From Thermoplasmatota archaeon (GTDB taxonomy: Archaea; Thermoplasmatota; E2; DHVEG-1), in contig JAFGML010000021.1 of the NCBI GenBank assembly GCA_016927555.1, forward strand, positions 9,508 to 73,507: DNA of 64,000 nucleotides, written 5' to 3'. The first letter of the stretch is position 1. Each line of letters opens with the position of its first letter. Made by a program: the position numbers and the translations under genes. This document shows positions 19,146 to 28,708 of the stretch, one piece after another. Under the pieces are notes generated by a model. The model made no database searches. It saw only the letters and a list, made by a program, of their open reading frames with translations, and was not told where the DNA came from.

Positions 19146-19793
19146 ATACACACGAGGGTTAGAGAGAATCAGAGAGGAGCACTTGGCATTGGTGCGATGA
19201 TTATCTTCATAGCGATGGTACTCGTGGCTGGTATAGTTGCGTACGTGATCCTCTCAACCGGGCAACAACTTGGACTCCGTTCAAGTCGGACGGGTAGTCA
19301 GACCCTTGAAGAAGTGGCAACAGGTATCGAGATCTCCACTATTGAGGGGCATAACACTTCTGGATTAATCGATAAGATCGTGATCATCGTCACCCTGCGG
19401 TCAGGCTCGCCAAGTATTGATCTTGATGATACACGGATAGAGATTTCTGATACGAATAATAAATGTGTCTTGTCCTATTCGTCGACGTACTGGGTGAACG
19501 GGACGGTCGGTGTCAGCAATATCTTTTCTAAGCCTGCGTTTTCTTCTGTTGCCTCTGAGTATGGAGTCATTGTGCTTAAGGATGATGACTACTCGTGCAC
19601 CTCAACATCCCCGTTGTTGACCCGTGATGACCATGTGATGTTAGCGTTGAATACGACTGCGATTTTTGGTGGTATTACAGAGAATGTCAACGTTTTTGGG
19701 AACGTGATTCCTGAGGAAGGCTCCTGGGCCATCATTCAGTTCCGGACACCATCTGCATTTGCAGATCCGGTGTTGATGCTCCAAGAGGACTGA
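19146..19793 (+). CDS. arlB: Archaellin, second copy; start codon uncertain (ATA 19146 proposed, track ATG 19197 lies inside the conserved N-domain)
   Basis: The frame is open from 19101 and encodes ...[23 protein letters not shown], a canonical (K/R)G-A prepilin cleavage context. There is no in-frame ATG/GTG/TTG upstream of the GIGAM motif. ATA 19146 sits 3 nt after GAGGGG. Confidence 0.7.
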   Translation: MHTRVRENQRGALGIGAMIIFIAMVLVAGIVAYVILSTGQQLGLRSSRTGSQTLEEVATGIEISTIEGHNTSGLIDKIVIIVTLRSGSPSIDLDDTRIEISDTNNKCVLSYSSTYWVNGTVGVSNIFSKPAFSSVASEYGVIVLKDDDYSCTSTSPLLTRDDHVMLALNTTAIFGGITENVNVFGNVIPEEGSWAIIQFRTPSAFADPVLMLQED

Positions 19794-19900
19794 AGAGGAA
19801 AGCAGGCAAGGTAGGTGCCACTACACGGTCTGTTTTTAGGGAGGAACTGGAAGGAAAAAGTAAAATAGGACTCGTTGTTATCCAGGGCGGTAGAGATGCT

Positions 19901-19972
19901 GCCGCTGTGGCTTAGAGGTATAGCGATTCCTTGGTAAGGAATAGGTCGAGGGTTCAATTCCCTCCAGCGGCT
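19901..19972 (+). tRNA. tRNA-Thr (anticodon GGU)
   Basis: Manual cloverleaf: acceptor GCCGCTG/CAGCGGC, anticodon stem ATTCC/GGAAT with loop TTGGTAA, T arm GAGGG-TTCAATT-CCCTC, 5-nt variable loop. 72 nt, no encoded CCA, no intron. Confidence 0.9.
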
Positions 19973-20055
19973 TTCGGAACTTTTTCTCTCTAGTTGAATA
20001 CCTGGTCGTTTAAACGCCATGGGCGGTAGTTATCGTATGAGTGACAAGCTGTTTT

Positions 20056-20442
20056 CTATTGATTGTTCTCTTGAAGTAAACACTTTTCACAAATACCATG
20101 TACATCAATTTGAAAATGGCAGATTTCACCGTGTATTTTCGATTGAAGAAAATCGATTTTTTCTATGTTAAAATGTGCTACCGTATCACATTTTTGACAA
20201 ATGAAATGACAATGATTGTTTTTTTCTTTGGAATAAATCATTTTCCTGTCGCACACGTAGGAGTGTAGAGCCTTCTTTTTTCGTATTTCTTTTAAAAAGC
20301 GGTACACGGTTGCAATGCCGATAGTGCTATCCTTTTTTCTCAGTCGTTCATACAAGTCATCAGCTGTAAAGAGGGTAGTAAACGTCGCTATCTCAGATTG
20401 TATCAGCTCTTTTTGTTTGGTTTTTCTTGATCGTTTCACCAT
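20056..20442 (-). CDS. zur: Fur family metal-responsive repressor (Zur-like)
   Basis: Winged-helix block IGIATVYRFLKEI and C-terminal Cys pairs (CQKCD...CEKC). Divergent from a znuABC-type operon. Confidence 0.75.
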   Translation of the reverse strand: MVKRSRKTKQKELIQSEIATFTTLFTADDLYERLRKKDSTIGIATVYRFLKEIRKKKALHSYVCDRKMIYSKEKNNHCHFICQKCDTVAHFNIEKIDFLQSKIHGEICHFQIDVHGICEKCLLQENNQ

Positions 20443-20456
20443 GGCAGTAAACCTTC

Positions 20457-20479
20457 TTATTGATAACAGTAATCAATAA
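20457..20479. promoter_or_regulatory. Candidate Zur/Fur box: 23-bp palindrome TTATTGATAACAGTAATCAATAA
   Basis: Perfect 8-bp arms (TTATTGAT/ATCAATAA) around a 7-nt spacer. It lies between the divergent zur and znuA starts, directly upstream of a TATA-like ATTTTTATATAC. Confidence 0.6.
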
Positions 20480-20521
20480 CATTTTTATATACATTCGGTA
20501 TAAAAGGACACCAAACAACGT

Positions 20522-21451
20522 ATGAGTCCTATGATAAAAAAAATAATCATAATTGTTGGAATAATGAGTGGTTTTCTCCTGTTAAGTGGGTGTACACAAA
20601 ACCAGAATGAGCAACATGGTATTCAGATTGTCGCCTCATTTTACCCCTTAGCCTTCTTTGCAGAAGAAATCGGTGGGGACTACATCACCGTAACTCAAGT
20701 AATACCTGATAACACTGAACTGCACGCATGGCAACCATCAATCTCAGATATCACAGCAGCCAGCAACGCAGATATCTTGGTGTACAACGGCGCACACCTG
20801 GATCATTGGTTTGAAGAAGACATCCTCACAAGCATTGATACAACCGCAAAGTTTATCGTTGAAACAACAGAAACTGTGACGCTTCTTGAGAGTGAAGCAG
20901 GAAATGGACATCAGGATAGCCTGTATGATCCCCACACGTGGGTAAGCCCGTTCATAGCTTCACAACAAGCAGAAATGATCTATGCTGCACTTGTCCAAAA
21001 AGACCCGGACCATGCAGAGTATTACACCCAGCGATGGACCCTGTTACAACAAAGGTTCACCACAATAGACACGGAATTCCAAGAGGGATTATCGACAAAA
21101 CAAAAAGACACCATCTTTGTCACCCATGCAGCATTTGGGTACCTTGCTGCCCGGTATGGGTTTCACCAGCATGGCGTGATAGGCTTATCTGCTGATGAGC
21201 AACCGAGTGCATCAACGATTGCGACATTAGTCAGTGCCATGGTTGAGCACGAAACCTACGTCGTCTACGTCGACCCTGTCTACTCTGACAGGTATGCACA
21301 GACGCTGAAAAGTACGCTGGAGGCAGAAACTGGTCAGAATGTACACATTCTTACGTTGTATTTGATGTCTGGTGCCATAGATACCATGGATTACTTCGAA
21401 CAACTTGAAAAGAACCTAGAAAACCTACAAATTGGGTTACAGGCATCATAA
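20522..21451 (+). CDS. znuA: Metal (Zn/Mn) ABC transporter substrate-binding lipoprotein, ZnuA/TroA family
   Basis: Lipobox LLLSGC, cluster-9 SBP blocks (DPHTW, THAAFGYL) and operon context. Confidence 0.8.
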   Translation: MSPMIKKIIIIVGIMSGFLLLSGCTQNQNEQHGIQIVASFYPLAFFAEEIGGDYITVTQVIPDNTELHAWQPSISDITAASNADILVYNGAHLDHWFEEDILTSIDTTAKFIVETTETVTLLESEAGNGHQDSLYDPHTWVSPFIASQQAEMIYAALVQKDPDHAEYYTQRWTLLQQRFTTIDTEFQEGLSTKQKDTIFVTHAAFGYLAARYGFHQHGVIGLSADEQPSASTIATLVSAMVEHETYVVYVDPVYSDRYAQTLKSTLEAETGQNVHILTLYLMSGAIDTMDYFEQLEKNLENLQIGLQAS

Positions 21452-21473
21452 GAGGAGAAAAGAAGCGAGTCGT

Positions 21474-22253
21474 ATGGAAAAACAAGTGGTTCTTGAACTA
21501 CAACACGTAGATATTGTACGATCAAAAGACCTGGTTGTTGAAGATGCGACGTTTTCAATTGAACAGGGAGACTATGTCGGAGTGGTCGGACCAAATGGCG
21601 GAGGAAAAACCACCCTGCTATTAGCAATGCTTGGTTTTCTTCCGATAAAAAACGGTTCAATACGCGTATTCTCAGAACCCATTCAGTCGTTTACCGCATG
21701 GGAACGCATTGCGTATGTACCGCAGGGGGCAATACAGGTTGATGATCACTTTCCCCTGACCGTGAGAGAGTTAGTAGCGCTTGGCAGGATACAACGAAAA
21801 AACATCGGTCGACCTCTCAAGAAGAGCGACTGGGAGGCTGTTGATGATGCTCTCCATCTTATGGACATAGAAGATCTTGCCGTAAAGAGGTTAGGGACTC
21901 TCTCTGGCGGACAGAAACAACGTGCATTTATCGCAAAGGCACTCGTACGAAACCCGGAGATCTTGATTCTGGATGAACCCATCGCAGGAATCGATGCCAC
22001 ATCACTAGAGAATTTTTACAAGCAGTTGAGTGATCTAAACCGGAAAAAAACTCTTACAATTGTCATTGTCTCCCATGATTTATCAACGGTGTTTTGTCGT
22101 ATGACAAAACTCCTCTGCGTCAACAAAAAAGTGTATCTCAGCGATATCACCAAAGAAAGTGACCCTAACATCATCTTAAAGAAAGTGTACGGGGACCATT
22201 TCCATTTTGTATTCCACAAGCATGAATGCACAGGAGATTTCCATCATGATTGA
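21474..22253 (+). CDS. znuC: Metal ABC transporter ATP-binding protein
   Basis: Walker A GPNGGGKTT, signature LSGGQKQR, Walker B ILILDEP. ATG 21474 behind GGAGAA preferred over TTG 21432. Confidence 0.85.
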   Translation: MEKQVVLELQHVDIVRSKDLVVEDATFSIEQGDYVGVVGPNGGGKTTLLLAMLGFLPIKNGSIRVFSEPIQSFTAWERIAYVPQGAIQVDDHFPLTVRELVALGRIQRKNIGRPLKKSDWEAVDDALHLMDIEDLAVKRLGTLSGGQKQRAFIAKALVRNPEILILDEPIAGIDATSLENFYKQLSDLNRKKTLTIVIVSHDLSTVFCRMTKLLCVNKKVYLSDITKESDPNIILKKVYGDHFHFVFHKHECTGDFHHD

Positions 22254-23070
22254 TTCACTGTTGTTCGATATCCCTCAACTTCTGGGGTACCAATTCTTCC
22301 AATTTGCGTTACTTGGAGGAATCATTGCTGCACTTGCGACATCATGGGTTGGGCTCTTCCTCGTTCTCCGTCGTGAGGCAATGATCGGTGATGGAATCGC
22401 GCATACCGCCTTTGGCGGTATCGCACTCGGCTTACTCCTTGATATCCATCCTCTTATCACTGCGTTGCTTGTCTCGATTCTTGCAGTCTTCGGCATCTCC
22501 TACATGAGAAAAAAGGGGCTTGCAAAATCAGATGCGGCAATAGCAGTGATGCTTTCCCTTGGTTTCTCCTCAGGGCTCATCATCATCAGTATTGCTGGTG
22601 GTTTTAATGTTGAAATCTTCAGCTATTTGTTTGGCTCCATCCTCACCATTGATCACACTGATCTTCTCATTGTGTCACTGCTTGGTGTTGCATCGATTTG
22701 TTTCTTTGGTATCTTTTATAAGGAATTACTTGCCATGACCTTTGATGAAGAATCAGCAAAGGTCACAGGGATACCTGTGAATCTTTTTTCGTTTGGTTTT
22801 AATCTTCTCGTTGCATCCACTATTGCCCTCTCCATAAAGGTCATTGGAGTGATCCTCGTGGTTGCCCTGATGGTCTTACCCGGGCTTGCTGCACTACAGT
22901 TAAAACGATCGTTTAAAGGCACGATGGTTGCGACAGTCGGTTTTTCCATTATGAGTGTTGTGATTGGTATTTTTCTTTCTGCGATCTACAATGTTGCAAC
23001 GAGTGGTGTCATTGTGTTTACCGCAGCCGGTATTTTTCTCATCACTGTTGTGTCTCACAAACTCATGTGA
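22246..23070 (+). CDS. znuB: Metal ABC transporter permease
   Basis: Multi-TM ABC-3 type permease. ATG 22246 overlaps the znuC stop. Confidence 0.8.
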   Translation: MIDSLLFDIPQLLGYQFFQFALLGGIIAALATSWVGLFLVLRREAMIGDGIAHTAFGGIALGLLLDIHPLITALLVSILAVFGISYMRKKGLAKSDAAIAVMLSLGFSSGLIIISIAGGFNVEIFSYLFGSILTIDHTDLLIVSLLGVASICFFGIFYKELLAMTFDEESAKVTGIPVNLFSFGFNLLVASTIALSIKVIGVILVVALMVLPGLAALQLKRSFKGTMVATVGFSIMSVVIGIFLSAIYNVATSGVIVFTAAGIFLITVVSHKLM

Positions 23071-23235
23071 TGAAAGGAACTGCCACACTATTTTTTCCTA
23101 TGGATATTCTAATCATACACCGTACTCCCTCCAGCGGCTTTATCACCCGTGGTTTATAGCGAAGTGTTTCCTAATCTTATCTGAATTGTATACTGATAAC
23201 TGTAAGTTTAAATATACCTTACAATATAAATATCA

Positions 23236-24942
23236 ATGATGCAGAAAAAAACAATTCAAAAAGCAAGTACCTTAGTCCTGTTTCTGTGTTCTGTGATCCT
23301 CATAAGTTCAAGCCTGTGGCATCCCGTCCAAGGTATCTCTTCTGACGTAGATTCATCTCAACCATCGCTATCCTACCAACAACCACTTTCAGAAACCCTA
23401 GTCCTCCCGTCAGCGTTCAGCTGGCGTGACATCAACGGAGTGGATTTCACCACACCGATACGGTCTCAAAGTCCATACCCCAGCTGCGAATCATTTGCTC
23501 TCGTCGCTGCGGTAGAGACCATGGTGCAATATCAGGTTGGATATCCCTTCGGATGTGACCTCTCAGAAGCCCACCTCTTCTTCTACAGCGGCGGCAACAT
23601 CCAGTGGGGATCCTACCCAGAGAACGATACGAACTTTCTCCAAGAGTACGGCGTTCCCGATGATGCCTGTTGGCCCTATCCCTCCGACTTGTATCAGTAT
23701 CCGCTGAACACGACATCCCCTGACTGGAAGAACAGGACCGTGAAAATATCGAATTGGAGCTACCTGCCTGATGACCCTCTTGCCATTAAAAACGCGCTAG
23801 TCACCAATGGCCCCGTACCATCATACTTCCTCGTCTACCAGGATTTTCTGTACCACAAGAAAGGCATCTACCAACACCGCTGGGGAAAAGCCAGAGGCCC
23901 TCATTACATGGCAATCGTCGGATACAATGACGACCCGGGCTACTGGATCGTGAAGAACAGCTGGGGGACCTCCTACCAAGAGGACGGATGGGTGAAGATT
24001 AAGTACGGTGAATGTGGCATCGGCAGAAAATCCTTCTACCTCAACGGGGTGTATGGACACTTCCCGATCCTCTATGTTGATGATGATAACACCATGGGCC
24101 CCTGGGATGGGACACAGCAGTTCCCGTATCAGACCATTCAAGACGCGGTGAACCACGCATACAACGGCTATGCTATTTTCGTGTACAATGGGACCTACCA
24201 TGAACATGTGATCCTCAATAAGACACTACACGTACAGGGGGAGAATAAACAGACGACAGTCGTGGATGGAGGAGGAACCGGTGATGTGGTCACGGTGACT
24301 GTTCCCGGTGTCTCACTCTCAGAAATAACGGTGCAACACAGCGGCATGCAGACCTATGATGCAGGGATAAAAACACTGACGTTACGCTCCAACGTCACCA
24401 TAAAAGACTGCAACGTTCAACAGAATGCTATAGGCGTGTATCTTAACTACGCGTATGAAACCGCATGGAATATCGTGATTAACAATACATTGCAGCAGAA
24501 TACAAAAGGCCTCTACGCCCACTGGGCATACAGCAACCAAATCACAGGGAATACCATTGACTTTAACGATGAGATAGGCATTGAGATGGAACGCTGTGAG
24601 CTGGCGACAATTTCTGGAAATACGATTAGCAACAATGGAGAGTGCGGAATCTTCCTGAGGGGCGCTTCGAATACGAATGTCATCGATGGAAACTCAATTA
24701 AAAATAACACGGTTGGCGTGATGTTAACAGAATCAAAGAGAAACCGCATTATGGAGAACGATTTTATACAGAACGACGTGCACGCTGGGTTCGACAATGC
24801 GGTGTTCACCAGGTGGAGGGGCAACTACTGGGATGACTGGCCGCATATCAGGGCACGGATGATACGAGGAGTCATTGGCGGCCACCAACTCCCCTGGGTT
24901 GACTTCGACTGGCATCCTTCAAAAAAACCAGTTCTTCTCTAG
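23236..24942 (+). CDS. Secreted papain-like (C1) cysteine peptidase fused to parallel beta-helix repeats
   Basis: Signal peptide. C1 blocks SQSPYPSCESFA (Cys), HYMAIVGY (His) and WIVKNSWG (Asn/Trp). The C-terminal half has periodic N-rich repeats (NTI..N..GI.L...SN) typical of NosD/pectate-lyase-like beta-helices. Confidence 0.75.
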   Translation: MMQKKTIQKASTLVLFLCSVILISSSLWHPVQGISSDVDSSQPSLSYQQPLSETLVLPSAFSWRDINGVDFTTPIRSQSPYPSCESFALVAAVETMVQYQVGYPFGCDLSEAHLFFYSGGNIQWGSYPENDTNFLQEYGVPDDACWPYPSDLYQYPLNTTSPDWKNRTVKISNWSYLPDDPLAIKNALVTNGPVPSYFLVYQDFLYHKKGIYQHRWGKARGPHYMAIVGYNDDPGYWIVKNSWGTSYQEDGWVKIKYGECGIGRKSFYLNGVYGHFPILYVDDDNTMGPWDGTQQFPYQTIQDAVNHAYNGYAIFVYNGTYHEHVILNKTLHVQGENKQTTVVDGGGTGDVVTVTVPGVSLSEITVQHSGMQTYDAGIKTLTLRSNVTIKDCNVQQNAIGVYLNYAYETAWNIVINNTLQQNTKGLYAHWAYSNQITGNTIDFNDEIGIEMERCELATISGNTISNNGECGIFLRGASNTNVIDGNSIKNNTVGVMLTESKRNRIMENDFIQNDVHAGFDNAVFTRWRGNYWDDWPHIRARMIRGVIGGHQLPWVDFDWHPSKKPVLL

Positions 24943-25059
24943 AGGCGATGAGGATAAAAGATAGTAAAACAGTGAGGAGTAGGTCTGAGAATCCATGAGA
25001 GAAACTTCTTGAAAGCGCATTGCTTACCAATCCTCACTCGTATCACTGGAGGAACCATC

Positions 25060-25527
25060 ATGAACGAGATACACTACAGGCCTATTGGCATCATCCATTC
25101 TCCGTTTACCGAACCACAAGGAACACCTATTCAACCAGCCAGTGGTCGAGGTGTGAAGGGAACCGTCGAGCTGTTCCCGGCGTACGTGGGAGGACTGCTG
25201 GATATCGAGGGGTTCTCCCATCTCATCCTGCTGTACCATTTCCATCGCTCGACGAGCTTCTCGCTACGCGCTTGCCCGTACCTCGATGACACCCCACATG
25301 GTGTGTTTGCGATCCGCAGCCCACGACGACCCAATCCCATTGGTCTATCTGTTGTCCGTCTTGTATCAGTTGATGACAATATCCTACATGTGCAGGATCT
25401 CGATATCATTGATGGCACACCCCTGTTGGATATCAAACCCTTTGTGCCAGCGTTTGATGCTGCAGACGAGATACGGATAGGCTGGCTGGAGGGTCGTATC
25501 AAACATCTTTCTAGAAAAACAGCATAA
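25060..25527 (+). CDS. trmO: tRNA (t6A37) methyltransferase TrmO/TsaA family
   Basis: YaeB/TsaA blocks IGIIHSPF, RSPRRPNPIGLSVVRL, DIIDGTPLLDIKPF. ATG 25060 follows GGAGG. Confidence 0.8.
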   Translation: MNEIHYRPIGIIHSPFTEPQGTPIQPASGRGVKGTVELFPAYVGGLLDIEGFSHLILLYHFHRSTSFSLRACPYLDDTPHGVFAIRSPRRPNPIGLSVVRLVSVDDNILHVQDLDIIDGTPLLDIKPFVPAFDAADEIRIGWLEGRIKHLSRKTA

Positions 25528-25578
25528 CAAGAATGCTTCTTTATAAAATGGAGGTCGATATCTCCAAAATTTTTAGTT

Positions 25579-25992
25579 CTAGTCTTTAATTTTGTAAGAG
25601 TAGGTGATCTCTACTGCTTTGTGAAGCATAGATGAAATAGGACAGTACGTGTCTCGTGAAAGGTGTATGGCACGCTCAAGGTCATCGCTTCTTAGATTTT
25701 TGCCAGCAAAGACGTATTCGACGTGTATTTTTGTAAAGACTTTCGGGTGCTCAGGTGCTCGTTCTCCAGTGAGATGGACTTCAAAGTGTTGTAATTCTAC
25801 ACGTTTCTTTCTAAGGATAGATGCCACATCACTTGCCGTGCAACTCCCAAATGAGATGAGTAGCAGCTCCATGGGTCGTGCTGCAGCTTCTGAGCCGAAA
25901 AATGCTTTGGGTCCATCGATGGTCACCCAGTGATTGCTATCTGCTTTTCCTATAAAGGTTACTCCTTCAACTTGCTTTACTGTAACCTGCAT
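25579..25992 (-). CDS. OsmC/Ohr family peroxiredoxin-like protein
   Basis: Both conserved Cys contexts (SFGSCTASD and DTYCPIS), 137 aa. Confidence 0.75.
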   Translation of the reverse strand: MQVTVKQVEGVTFIGKADSNHWVTIDGPKAFFGSEAAARPMELLLISFGSCTASDVASILRKKRVELQHFEVHLTGERAPEHPKVFTKIHVEYVFAGKNLRSDDLERAIHLSRDTYCPISSMLHKAVEITYSYKIKD

Positions 25993-25998
25993 AACATT

Positions 25999-26973
25999 TC
26001 ATCTCCTCTTGGTGCTCTCCTTTTTAAATTTACGTATATAGAATTTTTTGTTTTTATATTCTGTTTCTACGATCTTTCCTTGGGTTACAAGGTCTTCGAT
26101 GACCTCCCAGCGTTCACCCGTCTTTTTCAGCAGCTCGGTTATCCCGTCTTCGCGTAGGGGATGAACCGCTGTAATGCTCAAGATATCCTCAGCTAGGTTT
26201 CCTGTTGATGAAAAAGCATTTCCTTCATACCCAGTGATGAGCTCGACATTGATACCTTTTTCATGAAAAATTTGGTAGGCCGAAGTGAGCGTCTCCTCGT
26301 CTGCTGGTTCTACCCATTGTTCAGCAGGTGGTCGTGTTGGAATGGAGAGATAGCTTTTTTTGGGATGTAACGTTGTAATAAAATCAGCTATGTTTTCAAG
26401 TTCATCTACAGAATCGTTCACACCTTTAATGATCATACTCTCAGTTGCTAGTTCACCTTGAAATGTTGTTGAAAACAGTGTTATACCCTGTAAGATTTTC
26501 TCTAGTGTGAGGGATTTGTGTGCTCTGTTCACTCTCCGCCAAACATCGTGGCGTATGGCATCAATTTTTACAGACACCCAATCAGCATTCGATACATCTT
26601 CACGAACATTATCTCTCCAGAGAAGGGAAGCATTGGTAATAACTGCAACTTTGATTCCTAACGACTTGACACGTTCTATTTCTTTTCCCAAATTGATGTC
26701 TAAGGTCGGTTCTCCATCAGGAACAAACGTTAAATAATCGATTGGTTCTTTTTTCTCTACGGTTACGTGAACTTTTCGTTGTACCTCTTGAAATATTTTC
26801 TCTACGTCATAAAACGCTTGTCGTTCACCTTGCATCTTTAAAGTTCTTCCCAGCTGACAATAGAGACATGCATAGGTGCAGATTTTTGGCGGGATGTTGT
26901 TGATTCCAATGCTCTTGCCTAAACGCCGCGAGGGAACCGGACCAAATGCTATGCTCGTTTGATCTCGCCTCAT
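25999..26973 (-). CDS. Radical SAM protein
   Basis: N-terminal FGPVPSRRLGKSIGINNIP..CTYACLYCQLG (CxxxCxxC). Substrate unknown. Confidence 0.75.
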   Translation of the reverse strand: MRRDQTSIAFGPVPSRRLGKSIGINNIPPKICTYACLYCQLGRTLKMQGERQAFYDVEKIFQEVQRKVHVTVEKKEPIDYLTFVPDGEPTLDINLGKEIERVKSLGIKVAVITNASLLWRDNVREDVSNADWVSVKIDAIRHDVWRRVNRAHKSLTLEKILQGITLFSTTFQGELATESMIIKGVNDSVDELENIADFITTLHPKKSYLSIPTRPPAEQWVEPADEETLTSAYQIFHEKGINVELITGYEGNAFSSTGNLAEDILSITAVHPLREDGITELLKKTGERWEVIEDLVTQGKIVETEYKNKKFYIRKFKKESTKRR

Positions 26974-27584
26974 CCTTTTTCCCCTTCAATAACGTATAAA
27001 CTAGCTATAGCTCTATCGCTAGTGTTCGTGACTGTGTGGTCTAGTATACCTAAGAAGTATTCCTCAGTGGTGATGGAAAAATAGTGTGATATCGTGCTTT
27101 TCATGTTGGTTGTGTTGGTATGCTTTTTGTTCTTCCGTATGTAGGAATTTGTATCGCTATACTTCTCTTGGTAATAACGAGAATGGGTATTGAGGAGCAG
27201 GACCAGCAGCAGTCCATTTTTCCTGAGGACCCTGTGTGCCTCCTGGATGGTGTGTTGAGTGTTTTCGATGAACTCTAATGCCGTGACATAGACGACGGCA
27301 TCAAAGCTTTCGTCTTTAAACTCAAGGTGTTCGGCATCACCGTAAACAAGAGTAACACCGTGTGATGCCTGTGTAATCATTTCTTTTGAACGATCAAGAC
27401 CTATGACCGTCATTTCTGGGTGGTGCCATTGAAGCTGTGCCTCCAGCAATGCAGGGCCGCAACCGATGCTCAACACGTGTGTCCGACCTCGTAATTTCTT
27501 CTCAACATAGTGTGTCTCTTCATCCAATATTTTTTTACCGAACGGGGTGCTGTAAAACTTGATGTATTGTTGTACTTTGTTCAT
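26970..27584 (-). CDS. Class I SAM-dependent methyltransferase
   Basis: Motif I VLSIGCGPA and a downstream acidic post-I region. The stop of this gene overlaps the start of the downstream radical SAM gene by 4 nt. Confidence 0.7.
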   Translation of the reverse strand: MNKVQQYIKFYSTPFGKKILDEETHYVEKKLRGRTHVLSIGCGPALLEAQLQWHHPEMTVIGLDRSKEMITQASHGVTLVYGDAEHLEFKDESFDAVVYVTALEFIENTQHTIQEAHRVLRKNGLLLVLLLNTHSRYYQEKYSDTNSYIRKNKKHTNTTNMKSTISHYFSITTEEYFLGILDHTVTNTSDRAIASLYVIEGEKG

Positions 27585-27602
27585 ATGTTGTGCTTCACGT
27601 TA

Positions 27603-27965
27603 TTATTTGTCAAACTGGTGTATGATATCCAGAAGAATGAAACGGTGACAGGGGTGTTTTCCACAGTAGCAATACAGGTAGACATCCTGTGTTCTCGCCA
27701 GTTCCTTTATCTCACGTAGTTTCTGAATCACTTCAGGGTTGGATTCGACTTCCTTCCTATATCGGTTCTCAAAATCAGTGTGTACCCATGCATTCTGTCT
27801 TGCCTCTGCTTCAGCCATCCCTGAGTCCATCAGCGTACTTTTCCTCTCATTGAATTCTTTTAACAGGGTCTCTGATGGTGAAAAAACACTTGGGTATCCC
27901 ACCGGTATTTTAATGGCCTCTTTTGGCAGAGTCTTCAGCTTTGCTACGTACGTTTCTTTCAACAT
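27603..27965 (-). CDS. DUF488-like small protein
   Basis: The C-terminal LYCYCGKHPCHR motif and the SPSETLLKEF block resemble DUF488. Confidence 0.45.
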   Translation of the reverse strand: MLKETYVAKLKTLPKEAIKIPVGYPSVFSPSETLLKEFNERKSTLMDSGMAEAEARQNAWVHTDFENRYRKEVESNPEVIQKLREIKELARTQDVYLYCYCGKHPCHRFILLDIIHQFDK

Positions 27966-28046
27966 GTTCTTGTGAGGAGCTTGTGGTCGTGACTCTTTTA
28001 GCCCTCTCCTTCGTATCTTGTTCTGGTTTAAGGTGCTACTCTCGTT

Positions 28047-28697
28047 TTAGATTTCAGCAACCTTCCCAACACCACCAGGAGTGTACGCCTGTGGATACCG
28101 CTTTTGTATCTCTCGTGTATGTTGCGTACAATGACAGGGGCAAATATACTCTAAACCGTCTAATATTGAAAAATGGGTAAACCCATGCAACCCGCCGATG
28201 AGCCCGTTGACAGGACCATATTGTTGTGCGACACGAAACATGTCTTCCACACCACAGTGAGAACAACCTGCGAGAACGTACAACCCTTTTGTACCCTCAA
28301 GAATTAAGGCTTGCTCATCGACAGGCCCGTGACTCAGTCGTCCTGTCGTATACACTCCCTCGGTAATCTTCTGAGACTCCTCAGGTACTATACAGCGCAT
28401 GTTTTCTTTGGGGAGTTGATGTGCTAAACGATACACTGTAGCATCCTGCACCTCAGGTGCAAGCGCCTGCAACCCGCCGGTATGATCCCCGTGCTCATGC
28501 GACAACACAACCGTACGAATCGTGTGGGGATCTATCCTCAGAATCTCCATATTGTGCAGGAGAATACTGCCTTGTGCTCCAGTATCAAAGAGAAGCGTAT
28601 GTTCTGCTGTTTGAATGAGGCACGAGAAGCCCCAATCAGCTTTCAATCCCATGCCTCTCGTAGAAACTTCATTATCATACACGATCGTCAGTTTCAT
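28047..28697 (-). CDS. MBL-fold metallo-hydrolase (COG1237-like)
   Basis: N-terminus MKLTIVYDNE..GLKADWGFSCLI and metal motif LSHEHGDHTGG. Confidence 0.75.
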   Translation of the reverse strand: MKLTIVYDNEVSTRGMGLKADWGFSCLIQTAEHTLLFDTGAQGSILLHNMEILRIDPHTIRTVVLSHEHGDHTGGLQALAPEVQDATVYRLAHQLPKENMRCIVPEESQKITEGVYTTGRLSHGPVDEQALILEGTKGLYVLAGCSHCGVEDMFRVAQQYGPVNGLIGGLHGFTHFSILDGLEYICPCHCTQHTREIQKRYPQAYTPGGVGKVAEI

Positions 28698-28708
28698 TTT
28701 AGAGGACC

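Noticed and set aside
19736-20020. 94-aa minus-strand ORF
   Set aside because: It overlaps the well-folded tRNA-Thr (19901-19972) on the opposite strand and has no supporting features.
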